NCBI GenBank assembly: GCA_041179645.1
Contig: JBEGSZ010000013.1
Span: forward strand, 153,036-217,035
Reading direction: 5' to 3'
From: Pseudomonadota bacterium
GTDB taxonomy: Bacteria > Pseudomonadota > Gammaproteobacteria > Burkholderiales > Burkholderiaceae
Length of the DNA stretch: 64,000 nucleotides
This document shows, in pieces, positions 21,146-31,704 of this stretch. Within the stretch, counting starts at the first letter, position 1. The number at the start of each line of letters is the position of its first letter. Below the pieces are notes generated by a model. The model was given only the letters and a program-made list of their open reading frames with translations, searched no databases and was not told where the DNA came from. The translations under genes and the position numbers were made by a program.

Positions 21146-21985
21146 CTAGCCCGCTTTCGTATTGCGCAAAATGAAATCCGCCGTCACAAAGGCAGCATCG
21201 CTAGTGAATTCATCGGCCAAAATGCGGGCTGCAGCCTCTGAAAGCGAGATTTCAATAAAACCACTGACTTCACCGTCATGGTTGGTGGGTACAAAGTTGT
21301 CCGCTAGCTCCAAGTCATAGATATAGAGTTGCTCATCATGAAAGCCGCGCCCTGGAATAGGGCGGCGCATATGAATACGGCCAACCGGCTCAATTTGATC
21401 GGAAATCTGGGGTGGTACGCCCGCTTCTTCCCATAATTCTCGACGGGCGTTAACCCAGGGGGTTTCATCTGCGCCAATACCGCCTGCAGCTAGGTTATCA
21501 AGGCGACCTGGGTCAGTCTGCTTGGTTTCGCTACGACGGCCAAGCCAGAGATTACCTGCCTTGGTATAGCCGTTGATATGGCTTGCCATGCTACGAAAGC
21601 CAAAAGTACGGAAGGCAGAGCGCTCCAAACGGAAATATTCATGCCCATTTTGGTCAATCCAAGCAAAATTCTCATGCCGCCAGCCTGGAATGAAGCCACC
21701 TTGGTGCATCTGATCAGCCAATTTCGCCAGACTCTCGGAGAGTGCCAAAGGTCTTGCATTGCGAATAGTCAGGCGATCATGATCCATTTCTACGAGAGGT
21801 ATTGGGTTTTTTGCCAAGGATTCTTGTAAAAAGGGGATAAATTCTGGGTTTAGGTGCCCAATAAGTTGGCCAGCTGAGCTACCGCCCAAAAAGTGGATCG
21901 GCAAGAAATCTTGCGGTGCAGACCTTGCTGTGTTTTGGAGCATCTCTTCGAGGGCTGCGATGGTGCTGGTATTGAGCTTGTGCAT
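21146..21985 (-). CDS. Nudix hydrolase, DUF4743/Tnr3-like subfamily
   Basis: GWRHE, LERSAFRTFG, LWLGRRS..K..DPGRLDNLAAGG, Nudix box RELWEEAG, NHDGEV. Confidence 0.85.
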   Translation of the reverse strand: MHKLNTSTIAALEEMLQNTARSAPQDFLPIHFLGGSSAGQLIGHLNPEFIPFLQESLAKNPIPLVEMDHDRLTIRNARPLALSESLAKLADQMHQGGFIPGWRHENFAWIDQNGHEYFRLERSAFRTFGFRSMASHINGYTKAGNLWLGRRSETKQTDPGRLDNLAAGGIGADETPWVNARRELWEEAGVPPQISDQIEPVGRIHMRRPIPGRGFHDEQLYIYDLELADNFVPTNHDGEVSGFIEISLSEAAARILADEFTSDAAFVTADFILRNTKAG

Positions 21986-22158
21986 GAGCTAAGTGTAAGA
22001 GAAATTCAAAATACTGAAAAAAGTAGTCTAAAAATCTATAAGCGAATTTAAATTGTCAACACATCTTTATTTATATTTTTGTAAGTAGCTGATGCTCATA
22101 ATTTAAGCAAGCTAGGTCACTCTATACAAATCTGCGACTTACGAAAACTTTTGGCGAT

Positions 22159-22181
22159 TTATCCACAAAACCTGTGGATAA
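22159..22181. promoter_or_regulatory. Inverted pair of perfect DnaA boxes
   Basis: TTATCCACA-AAACC-TGTGGATAA. Confidence 0.75.
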
Positions 22182-22197
22182 GTTTTTTATTGAGAGG

Positions 22198-22272
22198 TGG
22201 TCCCGCCGACAGGAATCGAACCTGTATCCCACGCTTAGGAGGCATGTGCACTATCCATTGTGCTACGGCGAG
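22198..22272 (-). tRNA. tRNA-Arg(CCT)
   Basis: Reverse complement CTCGCCGTAGCACAATGGATAGTGCACATGCCT-CCT-AAGCGTGGGATACAGGTTCGATTCCTGTCGGCGGGACCA. Confidence 0.95.
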
Positions 22273-22334
22273 ATTAAAAAATAAAAAACAAATTTTTAAA
22301 AAAAGATGTTAAGGCGTGAAGCATTATCCACTGA

Positions 22335-22475
22335 TTACCAACCACACATCGCCCATACTGAATTCGTAATTGCAATCATCATGTCAGGAGCAAAGTAGGA
22401 GAAAAAAATCATTCCCAAAATAATGATTGCAAGTGGATATAGGAGCCATTGCGTGAAACGGTGTTTTGCTTGCAT
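22335..22475 (-). CDS. 46-aa small membrane protein (absent from the ORF track)
   Basis: MQAKHRFTQWLLYPLAIIILGMIFFSYFAPDMMIAITNSVWAMCGW*; starts 6 nt after the MFS stop. Confidence 0.7.
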   Translation of the reverse strand: MQAKHRFTQWLLYPLAIIILGMIFFSYFAPDMMIAITNSVWAMCGW

Positions 22476-22481
22476 ATCGTC

Positions 22482-23714
22482 TTAAGCGAGCGCAGCGCGA
22501 TGAATCGCACGCTCTTTAACCGGCAAGTTGACCAAGAATGCAAATACACCCAGAGCAATCGCAATATTCCAGACAATCAAATAGGAGCCGGTGCGATCAA
22601 ATAAGTAGCCGCCAAAATAGGCACCGCAGAAGCTGCCCAATTGGTGGGAGAAGAACACTAAGCCGGAGAGCATGGTGAGGTATTTCACACCAAAGATCTG
22701 GGCCACAATGGCATTGGTCAAGGGAATGGTGGATAGCCATAAAAAGCCCATGATGGCTGCAAAGATGTAGGTAGTGGCGGGGCTGAGGGGGAGCCAAACA
22801 AAAGCCATAATGGCAATAGATCTGAGGATGTAGATGCCTGATAACAGGTAGCGCTTAGGAAAGCGTTGGCCCAGTATTCCGGCACTGTAGGTGCCAAAGA
22901 TATTGAATAGTCCAATTAGGGCAAGCGCAGTCGTTGCAACTGCAGGTGCACCAACACCGGGGTAGATCTTTGATAAATCTTTGAGGTAGGGCGCTAAGTG
23001 AACCGCGATAAACACCACCTGAAATCCGCATACAAAATAGCCCAGAGTGAGCAATTTAAAACTGGGGTTGCCCATTGCTTCTTTTAGCGCCTGTTTAATT
23101 GTTTGATCGCTTGCTTGCTGAAAATTGTTTGCATTAGGTTCGCGCAACATAAATGCAATTGGAATCATGAGACTAGCCATGAGTGCCAGCATGAGTAGTG
23201 CATCATTAGCACCAAAGCTACTGAGCAAACCTTGCTCAACCGGAATCATTAAGAACTGTCCAAATGATCCTGCGGCTGCAGCAACGCCCATTGCCCACAC
23301 GCGTTTTTCTGCAGGAACGTTCCTACCCAAAATTCCATAGATCACGCTGTAAGTGCTTGCAGTTTGTGCAAGACCAATTAGTAATCCACCAGCTAAAGAA
23401 AAGTTCAAAGCATCTGTCGAGATTGCCATCCCAGCTAAACCGAGTGCATAAAGAGCGCCACCAGCGACCATGATTTTGAATGCGCCGTAACGATCAGCTA
23501 AAGCGCCAGTGATGGGTTGAACTGCACCCCAAATCAAATTCTGTAGCGCAATAGTGAGGGCGAAAGTTTCACGACCCCAGCCATTGACCGAAGTAATAGG
23601 TAGATTAAAGAGTCCAAATCCATGGCGTATGCCCATGGAGAAAGTCACCATCAGCCCACCAAATATCAGCACCTGTTTCAGCGTTAATTTCTGGCTTGGA
23701 CGGTTTAAAGACAT
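22482..23714 (-). CDS. MFS transporter
   Basis: About 12 TM segments, GALADRYG motif A, GYFVCGFQ. Confidence 0.92.
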   Translation of the reverse strand: MSLNRPSQKLTLKQVLIFGGLMVTFSMGIRHGFGLFNLPITSVNGWGRETFALTIALQNLIWGAVQPITGALADRYGAFKIMVAGGALYALGLAGMAISTDALNFSLAGGLLIGLAQTASTYSVIYGILGRNVPAEKRVWAMGVAAAAGSFGQFLMIPVEQGLLSSFGANDALLMLALMASLMIPIAFMLREPNANNFQQASDQTIKQALKEAMGNPSFKLLTLGYFVCGFQVVFIAVHLAPYLKDLSKIYPGVGAPAVATTALALIGLFNIFGTYSAGILGQRFPKRYLLSGIYILRSIAIMAFVWLPLSPATTYIFAAIMGFLWLSTIPLTNAIVAQIFGVKYLTMLSGLVFFSHQLGSFCGAYFGGYLFDRTGSYLIVWNIAIALGVFAFLVNLPVKERAIHRAALA

Positions 23715-23719
23715 TTGGT

Positions 23720-24940
23720 TTAAATAATGCCATTTTCTTGAAGTTCTGAGATCGCTTTAGGGTCTAAGTTCAAGCGTTCCTGCAAAATCTCCTTGGTGTG
23801 TTGGCCCAGGGTTGGAGGAGCCATTCTCACTTCGACAGGAGTCTCTGATAGTCGCATAGGGCTAGCAACGAGCTTCATGCTGCCTGCTGTTGGGTGTGGA
23901 ACCTGAATTTGGACGCCACGAGCCTTTACTTGCTCGTTATCAAATACCTCCTGGAAGTTATTGATTGGGCCACAGGGCACATTTGCTGCCTCTAAAAGGC
24001 TAATCCATTCAGCCTTGGTTTTGCGCCTTGTCATCACTTCTAGTAATGGAATCAATGACTTACGATTTTCTACTCGAATGGGATTATTGATGTAGAGGGG
24101 GTTCTCGGCCAAATGAGCCTCGCCTCCGGCGGTAACAAAGTGCTTGAACTGCCCATCATTACCTACCGCCACAATCATCCAGCCGTCTGAGGTTGGAAAA
24201 GTTTGGTAAGGAACAATGATGGGAGAGGCGTTACCCCAGCGTTGCGGGACTTTGTCTGAGCATAAATAGGCGCTTGAGATGTTTGCCATGACAGCAATCT
24301 GAGTATCCAGGAGGGCCATATCGATATATTGACCCTGTCCCGTTTTATCTCGATGAACAACTGCAGCCAAGATGGCGGTACTTGCATACATGCCGGTAAA
24401 GATATCGGCAATGGCAACCCCAGCCTTTTGTGGGCTAGCCCCTGGGAAGTCCTCGGCCTCACCGGTCACGCTCATAAAGCCACCCATACCCTGGATGATG
24501 AAGTCATATCCAGGGCGATGAGCATAGGGACCATTTTGGCCAAAACCGGTGATTGAGCAGTAAATCAGGTCAGATTTGACCTTTTTAAGGCTTTCATAAT
24601 CCAGGCCGTACTTGGCTAAATCCCCAACTTTGTAGTTTTCAATGACGACATCTGACTCTTTGGCCAGCTGGCGAATGATTTCTTGCCCTTCAGGCTTACT
24701 GATATCCACCGTAATAGAGCGTTTATTGCGATTAATGCAGATGAAATAAGCTGTCTCTAGCGTGTCATTGCCCTGGGCATCCTTGACAAAGGGAGGGCCC
24801 CAGTGCCGGGTATCGTCCCCAGCGCCTGGACGCTCCACTTTAATGACGTCTGCACCGAGATCGGCGAGGTTTTGTGCGCACCATGGGCCGGCAAGAACAC
24901 GGCTGAGGTCTAAAACGCGAATATGACTTAAGGCTCCCAT
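23720..24940 (-). CDS. CaiB/BaiF family III CoA-transferase
   Basis: VLDLSRVLAGP, GADVIKVERPGAGDDTR, NRNKRS, CSITGFGQ, GYDFIIQ. Confidence 0.93.
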   Translation of the reverse strand: MGALSHIRVLDLSRVLAGPWCAQNLADLGADVIKVERPGAGDDTRHWGPPFVKDAQGNDTLETAYFICINRNKRSITVDISKPEGQEIIRQLAKESDVVIENYKVGDLAKYGLDYESLKKVKSDLIYCSITGFGQNGPYAHRPGYDFIIQGMGGFMSVTGEAEDFPGASPQKAGVAIADIFTGMYASTAILAAVVHRDKTGQGQYIDMALLDTQIAVMANISSAYLCSDKVPQRWGNASPIIVPYQTFPTSDGWMIVAVGNDGQFKHFVTAGGEAHLAENPLYINNPIRVENRKSLIPLLEVMTRRKTKAEWISLLEAANVPCGPINNFQEVFDNEQVKARGVQIQVPHPTAGSMKLVASPMRLSETPVEVRMAPPTLGQHTKEILQERLNLDPKAISELQENGII

Positions 24941-25018
24941 CTTGCAATTTTGGCATGAATATGGGGTTAATCATGGAAATTTCGGGTTTTGCTTTGCACA
25001 TGACTACAATTTGCCCGC

Positions 25019-27007
25019 ATGGCTACCCGTAAAACATCCGAATACAGCGAATCATCGATTCAGGTCCTAAAAGGACTAGAGCCCGTCCGTCAGCGGCCGG
25101 GAATGTACACCCGCACTGACAATCCATTACACATAATTCAAGAGGTCTTGGATAACGCATCTGACGAGGCTTTGGGTGGCTTTGGTAAGCACATCATTGT
25201 GACTTTGCATGCCGATAGCAGTGTCAGTGTTGAAGACGACGGTCGTGGAATACCGGTTGGAATACATCCAACTGAGAAGTTGCCTGTTGTTGAAATCGTA
25301 TTTACTCAGCTGCATGCTGGCGGTAAGTTTGAAAAAGGCATTGGTGGTGCCTACGCTTTCTCTGGTGGTTTGCACGGTGTCGGTGTTTCTGTTACCAATG
25401 CCTTATCAAAGCGGCTGGAAGTCACTGTATGGCGCGAGGGTCAAATTTCGACCTTAACCTTTGCGGACGGCAAGGTAATTGAAAAGCTCAAAACCAGTGC
25501 TGCTGGTAAAGAGGATAAATCGCATGGAACTCGCGTCCGTGCATGGCCTGATGGCAAGTACTTTGATAGTGCCGCTATCCCGATGCCTGAACTCATTCGT
25601 TTATTACGATCTAAAGCGGTCTTGTTACCGGGCGTAAAAGTCACCCTGATTCAAGAAAAGTCTGGCGAGAGTCAAACTTGGCAATATGCCCAAGGCTTAC
25701 GCGGTTATTTAAATGAAGCAATAGCTCAGGCTGGTCACGGTGCAGAAGTGATCCCTCCATTTGAAGGTGAGCAATACGCAACCGGTAATGGTGATGATGA
25801 TTCATTTGCTGAAGGCGAGGGCGCGGCCTGGGTCGTAACCTGGACCGAAGATGGTGTACCAGTGCGTGAGAGTTATGTGAACTTAATTCCAACTCCAGCA
25901 GGTGGAACGCATGAGAGTGGATTGCGTGAAGGCCTCTTTAACGCTGTCAAAGGTTTTATTGAGATGCATGCTTTGCAACCCAAGGGTGTGAAGCTCATGC
26001 CTGAGGATGTATTTGCGCGTGCCTCATTCATATTGTCTGCCAAGGTTTTAGATCCACAGTTCCAAGGCCAAATTAAAGAGCGTTTGAACTCCAGAGACGC
26101 AGTACGTTTAGTTTCTGGTTATGCTAAATCTGCACTAGAGCTTTGGCTCAATGAGCACGTTGATTACGGTCGTAAATTAGCGGACTTAGTGATTAAACAG
26201 GCTCAAGCGCGAACTCGCGCTGGTCAAAAGGTGGAGAAGAAAAAATCTTCTGGTGTAGCTGTGCTACCTGGCAAGCTGACTGACTGTGAGAGCCAAGACA
26301 TTAGCCTGAATGAAATCTTCCTTGTTGAGGGTGACTCGGCTGGTGGTTCAGCCAAGATGGGTCGTAATAAGGAGTATCAAGCGATTCTGCCATTACGCGG
26401 TAAGGTTCTCAACACTTGGGAGGCAGAGCGCGATCGCTTATTTGCAAACAACGAAGTGCATGACATTGCTGTTGCTATAGGTGTAGATCCGCACGGCGCT
26501 AATGACAGCCCTGACTTATCAAACCTGCGTTATGGCAAGGTTTGCATCTTGTCAGATGCGGACGTAGATGGTGCCCATATTCAGGTATTGCTACTCACTT
26601 TGTTCTATAAACATTTTCCAAAGCTCATTGAGTTAGGTCATGTGCATATTTCAAGACCCCCATTGTTCAGGGTGGACGCACCAGCACGCGGCAAAAAGCC
26701 AGCACAAAAGATTTATGCGCTAGATGCAAGCGAGCTCCAAGCAATTGAAGATAAATTGCGTAAAGATGGCGTTAAAGAAACTGCTTGGCAGATCTCTCGC
26801 TTTAAAGGTTTGGGTGAGATGAGTGCTGAGCAATTGTGGGATACCACTTTGAATCCAGATACCCGTCGCCTCTTGCCGGTGACCTTGGGTACATGGACAG
26901 AAGATGAAACGATTAAAACAATGGATATGTTGATGGGTAAATCCGAATCCGGAGCGCGTCGTGATTGGCTAGAAGAGCGCGGTAATGAAGTTGAGGCGGA
27001 CATCTAA
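25019..27007 (+). CDS. parE: DNA topoisomerase IV subunit B
   Basis: [52 protein letters not shown]. Confidence 0.97.
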   Translation: MATRKTSEYSESSIQVLKGLEPVRQRPGMYTRTDNPLHIIQEVLDNASDEALGGFGKHIIVTLHADSSVSVEDDGRGIPVGIHPTEKLPVVEIVFTQLHAGGKFEKGIGGAYAFSGGLHGVGVSVTNALSKRLEVTVWREGQISTLTFADGKVIEKLKTSAAGKEDKSHGTRVRAWPDGKYFDSAAIPMPELIRLLRSKAVLLPGVKVTLIQEKSGESQTWQYAQGLRGYLNEAIAQAGHGAEVIPPFEGEQYATGNGDDDSFAEGEGAAWVVTWTEDGVPVRESYVNLIPTPAGGTHESGLREGLFNAVKGFIEMHALQPKGVKLMPEDVFARASFILSAKVLDPQFQGQIKERLNSRDAVRLVSGYAKSALELWLNEHVDYGRKLADLVIKQAQARTRAGQKVEKKKSSGVAVLPGKLTDCESQDISLNEIFLVEGDSAGGSAKMGRNKEYQAILPLRGKVLNTWEAERDRLFANNEVHDIAVAIGVDPHGANDSPDLSNLRYGKVCILSDADVDGAHIQVLLLTLFYKHFPKLIELGHVHISRPPLFRVDAPARGKKPAQKIYALDASELQAIEDKLRKDGVKETAWQISRFKGLGEMSAEQLWDTTLNPDTRRLLPVTLGTWTEDETIKTMDMLMGKSESGARRDWLEERGNEVEADI

Positions 27008-29454
27008 TGGCAACTAAAAAAACTCCGGGCGGTACTGGACTTGCTGACCAGGCAGACTTGTTTGCTGGCGAACCAATTGAAATGAATATCGTTGAAGTTG
27101 ATGAGTCTATTGCGGCTCAAGCGGGTGGTCCTGCTGACCCACATGACCCAAAAAAGGTTGAGCTCAATGAGGATGACAAAGACAGCTTAACGCTGGCGGT
27201 ATACGCGGAGCGCGCTTACCTTGATTACGCTATTAGCGTAGTTAAAGGCCGTGCATTGCCAGATGTATCGGACGGCCAAAAGCCAGTACAACGCCGCATT
27301 CTGTTCTCAATGAGTGAGATGGGTTTGCGTGCTGATGCTAAGCCGGTAAAAAGTGCTCGTGTTGTAGGCGATGTATTGGGCAAGTTCCATCCACATGGCG
27401 ACCAATCTGCTTATGACGCATTAGTGCGTCTTGCACAGAGTTTCTCATTGCGCTATCCGCTGATTGATGGTCAAGGCAACTTCGGTTCGCGTGATGGTGA
27501 TGGCGCAGCGGCAATGCGTTACACCGAAGCACGCCTGACCAAAATTGCCGGTCTCTTACTGAGCGAGATTGATGAAGGTACGGTAGATTTTGCGCCAAAC
27601 TACGACGGATCTTTCCAAGAGCCTAAGTTGTTACCAGCGCGCTTACCTTTTGTACTGTTGAATGGCGCATCTGGTATTGCAGTGGGTATGGCGACAGAGA
27701 TTCCTTCGCATAATTTGCGTGAAGTAGCTAGTGCAGCGATTGCTTTGATGAAGTCTCCAAAAATGAGCACTTCGGAGCTCTTGGAAATCATGCCTGGCCC
27801 AGACTATCCAGGTGGTGGTCAAATTATTTCTTCTTCAGCGGAGATTGCTCAAATCTATGAAGCGGGTCGCGGTAGTCTTAAAGTGCGTGCCCGTTGGTCT
27901 ATTGAAGAATTGGCTCGTGGCCAATGGCAAATTGTGGTCAATGAATTGCCACCGTCTACGTCATCACAGCGTGTACTGCAAGAGATTGAAGAGATTACCA
28001 ATCCAAAGGTGAAGGTTGGTAAGAAGACCTTGACTCCCGAGCAGAACAATCTCAAATCCACCATCCTGAATGTCCTCGATGGTGTGCGAGATGAATCGAG
28101 CAAAGATGCGGCGGTACGCTTGGTATTTGAGCCCAAGAGCAAAAATATTGATGTCAATGAATTTGCAAACTTGCTACTGGCTCACACTTCATTGGAGTCC
28201 AATGCGCCAATGAACTTAGTGATGATTGGTACTGATGGTCGACCACGTCAAAAAGGTCTTAAAGAGATCATCTCTGAGTGGATTTCCTTCAGGGTAGCTA
28301 CAGTTACAAGACGTACTCAGCATCGTTTGGGTAAAGTCAACGATCGCATGCATATTCTGGAAGGGCGCCTAATTGTTCTTCTGAATATTGATAAGGTCAT
28401 TAAGATCATCCGCAATAGCGATGAGCCTAAGGCTGACCTGATTAAGGAATTTAAGCTCAGCGATCGCCAGGCGGAAGATATCTTGGATATCCGTTTGCGT
28501 CAGTTGGCTCGCTTAGAAGGCATCAAGATTGAGCAAGAGTTAAAAGAGCTCAAGTCTGAACGCGATGACCTTGAAGGTTTGTTGCAAAGCGATACTGTTT
28601 TACGTAAGCGCATCATCAAAGAGATTGAATCCGATATGAAGGATTTTGGTGATGATCGCCGTACCTTGATTCAGGAAGATAAGCGTGCTGTTGCTGAAAC
28701 TAAAGTATTGGATGAGCCTGTAACCGTCATCGTGTCTCAAAAAGGTTGGGTGCGTGTTCGCCAAGGTCATGAGCATGATGCAACCCAGTTTGGCTTTAAA
28801 GCAGGCGATGCTTTGTATGGAACATTTGAGTGCCGCACAGTAGATGTCATGCAAGGCTTCGGTAGTGATGGTCGCGTCTACACCGTTCCTGTGAGTGAAT
28901 TGCCGGGCGCTCGTGGAGATGGCTCACCGTTGACTAGCTTTGTGAACTTGGCTGCAGGATCACAAATGGTTGCTTACTATGCTGGTCAACCTGATGATCT
29001 TGTGCTGATTTCGACTCGATCTGGTAACGGTTTCCTCGCAAACGTGGCGGATATGACTACCCGTAACAAGGCTGGTAAATCTTTCGTTGGTATCGACAGT
29101 AAATTCCCAGGTGGTGATGCACCGCTAGGAGCCGCTAAAGTGACTGCCGGCATGAAGCAAGTGGCTTGCTTATCCGAGAGTTCTAAGTTGTTGGTATTCC
29201 CCTTGGATGAACTCAAGCGTTTACCAACAGGTGGCAAAGGCGTGATTCTGATGGGCTTGGATGAAAAAGAGAGGTTGGCTTCTGCAATTGCGGTGGGTGC
29301 TGACGGTGCCACGTACTCGGGTGCTGGACGTGCTGGTAAGCCAACCGAGCTGAGTCTTGATGCCAAAACCTTGAAGTCTTTTGCGGGTAATCGTGCTCGT
29401 AAGGGCCACTTTGTGGAGCCAAGGCTAAAAGATGGAAAGCTCAAGGCAAACTAA
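27007..29454 (+). CDS. parC: DNA topoisomerase IV subunit A
   Basis: [35 protein letters not shown]; coupled to parE. Confidence 0.97.
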   Translation: MATKKTPGGTGLADQADLFAGEPIEMNIVEVDESIAAQAGGPADPHDPKKVELNEDDKDSLTLAVYAERAYLDYAISVVKGRALPDVSDGQKPVQRRILFSMSEMGLRADAKPVKSARVVGDVLGKFHPHGDQSAYDALVRLAQSFSLRYPLIDGQGNFGSRDGDGAAAMRYTEARLTKIAGLLLSEIDEGTVDFAPNYDGSFQEPKLLPARLPFVLLNGASGIAVGMATEIPSHNLREVASAAIALMKSPKMSTSELLEIMPGPDYPGGGQIISSSAEIAQIYEAGRGSLKVRARWSIEELARGQWQIVVNELPPSTSSQRVLQEIEEITNPKVKVGKKTLTPEQNNLKSTILNVLDGVRDESSKDAAVRLVFEPKSKNIDVNEFANLLLAHTSLESNAPMNLVMIGTDGRPRQKGLKEIISEWISFRVATVTRRTQHRLGKVNDRMHILEGRLIVLLNIDKVIKIIRNSDEPKADLIKEFKLSDRQAEDILDIRLRQLARLEGIKIEQELKELKSERDDLEGLLQSDTVLRKRIIKEIESDMKDFGDDRRTLIQEDKRAVAETKVLDEPVTVIVSQKGWVRVRQGHEHDATQFGFKAGDALYGTFECRTVDVMQGFGSDGRVYTVPVSELPGARGDGSPLTSFVNLAAGSQMVAYYAGQPDDLVLISTRSGNGFLANVADMTTRNKAGKSFVGIDSKFPGGDAPLGAAKVTAGMKQVACLSESSKLLVFPLDELKRLPTGGKGVILMGLDEKERLASAIAVGADGATYSGAGRAGKPTELSLDAKTLKSFAGNRARKGHFVEPRLKDGKLKAN

Positions 29455-29480
29455 GCAACAAGCCTAACTTAGCGGCAGTT

Positions 29481-29513
29481 AAAAAACTCGGTCACCAGCT
29501 GATCGGGTTTTTT
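29481..29513. terminator. Terminator between parC and the convergent XdhC gene
   Basis: AAAAAACTCGGTCA-CCAGC-TGATCGGGTTTTTT. Confidence 0.7.
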
Positions 29514-29521
29514 GTTTTGAC

Positions 29522-30481
29522 TTAAGCCTTCTTAGGAATTGGCACGCCGTATTTCACCGCTATAACTTCAGCCAGAATAGATACAGCGATTTCAGGTGGG
29601 GTTAGGGCGCCAATAAAGAGACCCACTGGTCCGTGCAGACGCTCAATTTGCTCCTCCGTAACATCAAATTCAAGCAAACGGGCTTTACGCTTTTGTGTGT
29701 TGATTCTGCTGCCCAATGCACCAACATAAAAAGCGGGAGACTTCAGCGCCTCCATCAAGGCCATGTCATCAAGCTTAGGATCATGCGTTAAGGCAACTAC
29801 AGCGGTATGTGAATCAACACCAATCTCTAGAAGCACGTCATCTGGCATGCCCTTAATAAATTGAATGTGTTCGCGATTAATGCCTTCTGCGTATTCTTCT
29901 CGAGGGTCTATTACGATGGCTTCAAAATCAGATGCAAGAGCAAAGTCCGCTGTGTAGAGTGATAGCTGTCCAGCGCCAATAATCACCATTCGCCAGCGTG
30001 GGCCATAAGTGGTTTTCATTAAGCTTTCATTGCAAATAAATTCCTGATTACGGTTGCCTATTTTCAGCGTAGATTTTCCAGTCGAAAGATCAACTGTGCG
30101 GGTGGTGATTTGATGATTAGAGGTGGATTTCAGAATGGATTCCAAAATCGCTAATTCTGGTTTTGGTTCCACAAGCAAGCGCAAGGTTCCACCACAAGGC
30201 AAGCCAAAGCGTGCGGCCTCTTGTTGGCTAACACCATAGACCACCATCTCTGGCAAGTCTCTGGTGAGGATTTCAGTTTGCACGCGTCGTATTAAGTCAT
30301 CCTCAACGCAGCCACCAGACACGGAACCAGTTACCTGCCCGTCTCCTCGAATAGCCAGCCAAGAGCCAATGGGCCTCGGGGCAGAACCCCAGGTCTGAAC
30401 AACCGTGGCAATCGCAACAGGATGACCGGATTTGAGCCAATCAACCGCGGCTTTTAATACGCTTAAATCGGTACTGTTCAT
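29522..30481 (-). CDS. XdhC/CoxI family molybdenum-cofactor chaperone
   Basis: TWGSAPRPIGS, GSVSGGCVE, GLPCGG, THDPKLDD, YVGALGSR, PPEIAVSILAE. Confidence 0.92.
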   Translation of the reverse strand: MNSTDLSVLKAAVDWLKSGHPVAIATVVQTWGSAPRPIGSWLAIRGDGQVTGSVSGGCVEDDLIRRVQTEILTRDLPEMVVYGVSQQEAARFGLPCGGTLRLLVEPKPELAILESILKSTSNHQITTRTVDLSTGKSTLKIGNRNQEFICNESLMKTTYGPRWRMVIIGAGQLSLYTADFALASDFEAIVIDPREEYAEGINREHIQFIKGMPDDVLLEIGVDSHTAVVALTHDPKLDDMALMEALKSPAFYVGALGSRINTQKRKARLLEFDVTEEQIERLHGPVGLFIGALTPPEIAVSILAEVIAVKYGVPIPKKA

Positions 30482-30534
30482 TTCTTGTCTCTAATTTCTT
30501 ATGTTTTACTAGTTATGTAATTATTATCTCTCTA

Positions 30535-31185
30535 ATGACAAGTTCCAACCCATTCACTCCAGCTTCACAATTGCGCCTTGCAGTGCTCTTGCTCGCAGCT
30601 GGCGAGGGCAGTAGGTTGGGCGCGCACCCTAAAGCCTTGCTTAGTCGGGATGGCCAGACTCTTTTGCAGCGCTTTTCAGATGCCATCCAAGGATTTAATC
30701 TTATTGAATGCATCGCAGTAACCGGCTTTCATGCTGAAGCGATTGGGTCGGCGATCGCAAAGTTAAACCCCTTGCTAGCTTACCCAATCAGGACCGTTCA
30801 AAATCCCCTCCCAGAAAGAGGTCAGCCTTCATCTGTTCGCCTCGGACTTGAATCTCTACAGATGAATTTTGATGTCTTGTTGGTAGCCTTGTCGGATCAG
30901 CCTGAGATTGGAGCAGCCGAGGTGCAAGAATTGCTGGATGAGTTCATCAAGCGAGAGACTGGCGAGGAAATTATTCTCCCAATGGTCGAGGGTAAGCGCG
31001 GTAATCCAGTGCTGTTTTCGTATAAAGTCGTTTCAGATATGCTGAATGCTCCAGGTATGGTTTGCCGAGCCTATATGGATTCCCATCCTCCGCAGGTGAG
31101 GGTATTGCACACGAGCAATCAGGCATTTGTAATGGATGTCGACACACCTGAAGACATCCAGCACTATAAATTAAGCCTAATTTAG
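30535..31185 (+). CDS. MocA-like molybdenum cofactor nucleotidyltransferase
   Basis: LLAAGEGSRLG..PKALL, LSDQP, GKRGNPVLF, DVDTPED. Confidence 0.85.
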   Translation: MTSSNPFTPASQLRLAVLLLAAGEGSRLGAHPKALLSRDGQTLLQRFSDAIQGFNLIECIAVTGFHAEAIGSAIAKLNPLLAYPIRTVQNPLPERGQPSSVRLGLESLQMNFDVLLVALSDQPEIGAAEVQELLDEFIKRETGEEIILPMVEGKRGNPVLFSYKVVSDMLNAPGMVCRAYMDSHPPQVRVLHTSNQAFVMDVDTPEDIQHYKLSLI

Positions 31186-31189
31186 TTTT

Positions 31190-31648
31190 TTAAATCTCAG
31201 CAATCAACTCGATTTCAACACAGGCACCTAAAGGAATTTGGGCAACACCAAATGCGCTACGCGCATGCTTACCTGCCTCCCCAAAGACCTCAAAGAGTAA
31301 TTCCGAGCAGCCATTAATAACCAAGTGTTGCTCAGTAAATTCAGAGGTGGAATTCACCAAGCCCATCACTTTCACAATGCGCTTCACTTTATCAAGGGAG
31401 CCCAGGTGATTTTGAAGGGTGGAAATCAAATCAACCGCAATAGACTTAGCAGCTGCTTTACCAGTGTCTGTATCCATATCTAGGCCTAATTTGCCGACCC
31501 ATGGCTTGCCATCTTTCTTCGCAATATGGCCTGATAGAAAAACAGTACTACCGGTGGTCGCTGCCATGACATAAGCAGCGGCAGGGGGTCCGGGTGGTGG
31601 CAAATCGATGCCAAGAGTTTTGAGGCGGTCGCTAATGTGATTTGTCAT
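31190..31648 (-). CDS. Rid (YjgF/YER057c/UK114) family protein
   Basis: LGIDLP..AAAYV, FLSGHI, HARSAFGVAQIPLGACVEIE with conserved Arg. Confidence 0.9.
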   Translation of the reverse strand: MTNHISDRLKTLGIDLPPPGPPAAAYVMAATTGSTVFLSGHIAKKDGKPWVGKLGLDMDTDTGKAAAKSIAVDLISTLQNHLGSLDKVKRIVKVMGLVNSTSEFTEQHLVINGCSELLFEVFGEAGKHARSAFGVAQIPLGACVEIELIAEI

Positions 31649-31704
31649 ATGAGTTCAATCAAATAAAAAATGAAGTGGTAACGATAATAAAAACGATAAG
31701 TGTA

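Noticed and set aside
22000-22200. Replication origin oriC
   Set aside because: Only two perfect boxes plus one near match, and no dnaA/dnaN/gidA context; kept only as a DARS-like candidate
25019-29454. gyrB/gyrA
   Set aside because: The B subunit is short (662 aa), the A subunit lacks a GyrA-box, and the adjacent arrangement fits parE-parC
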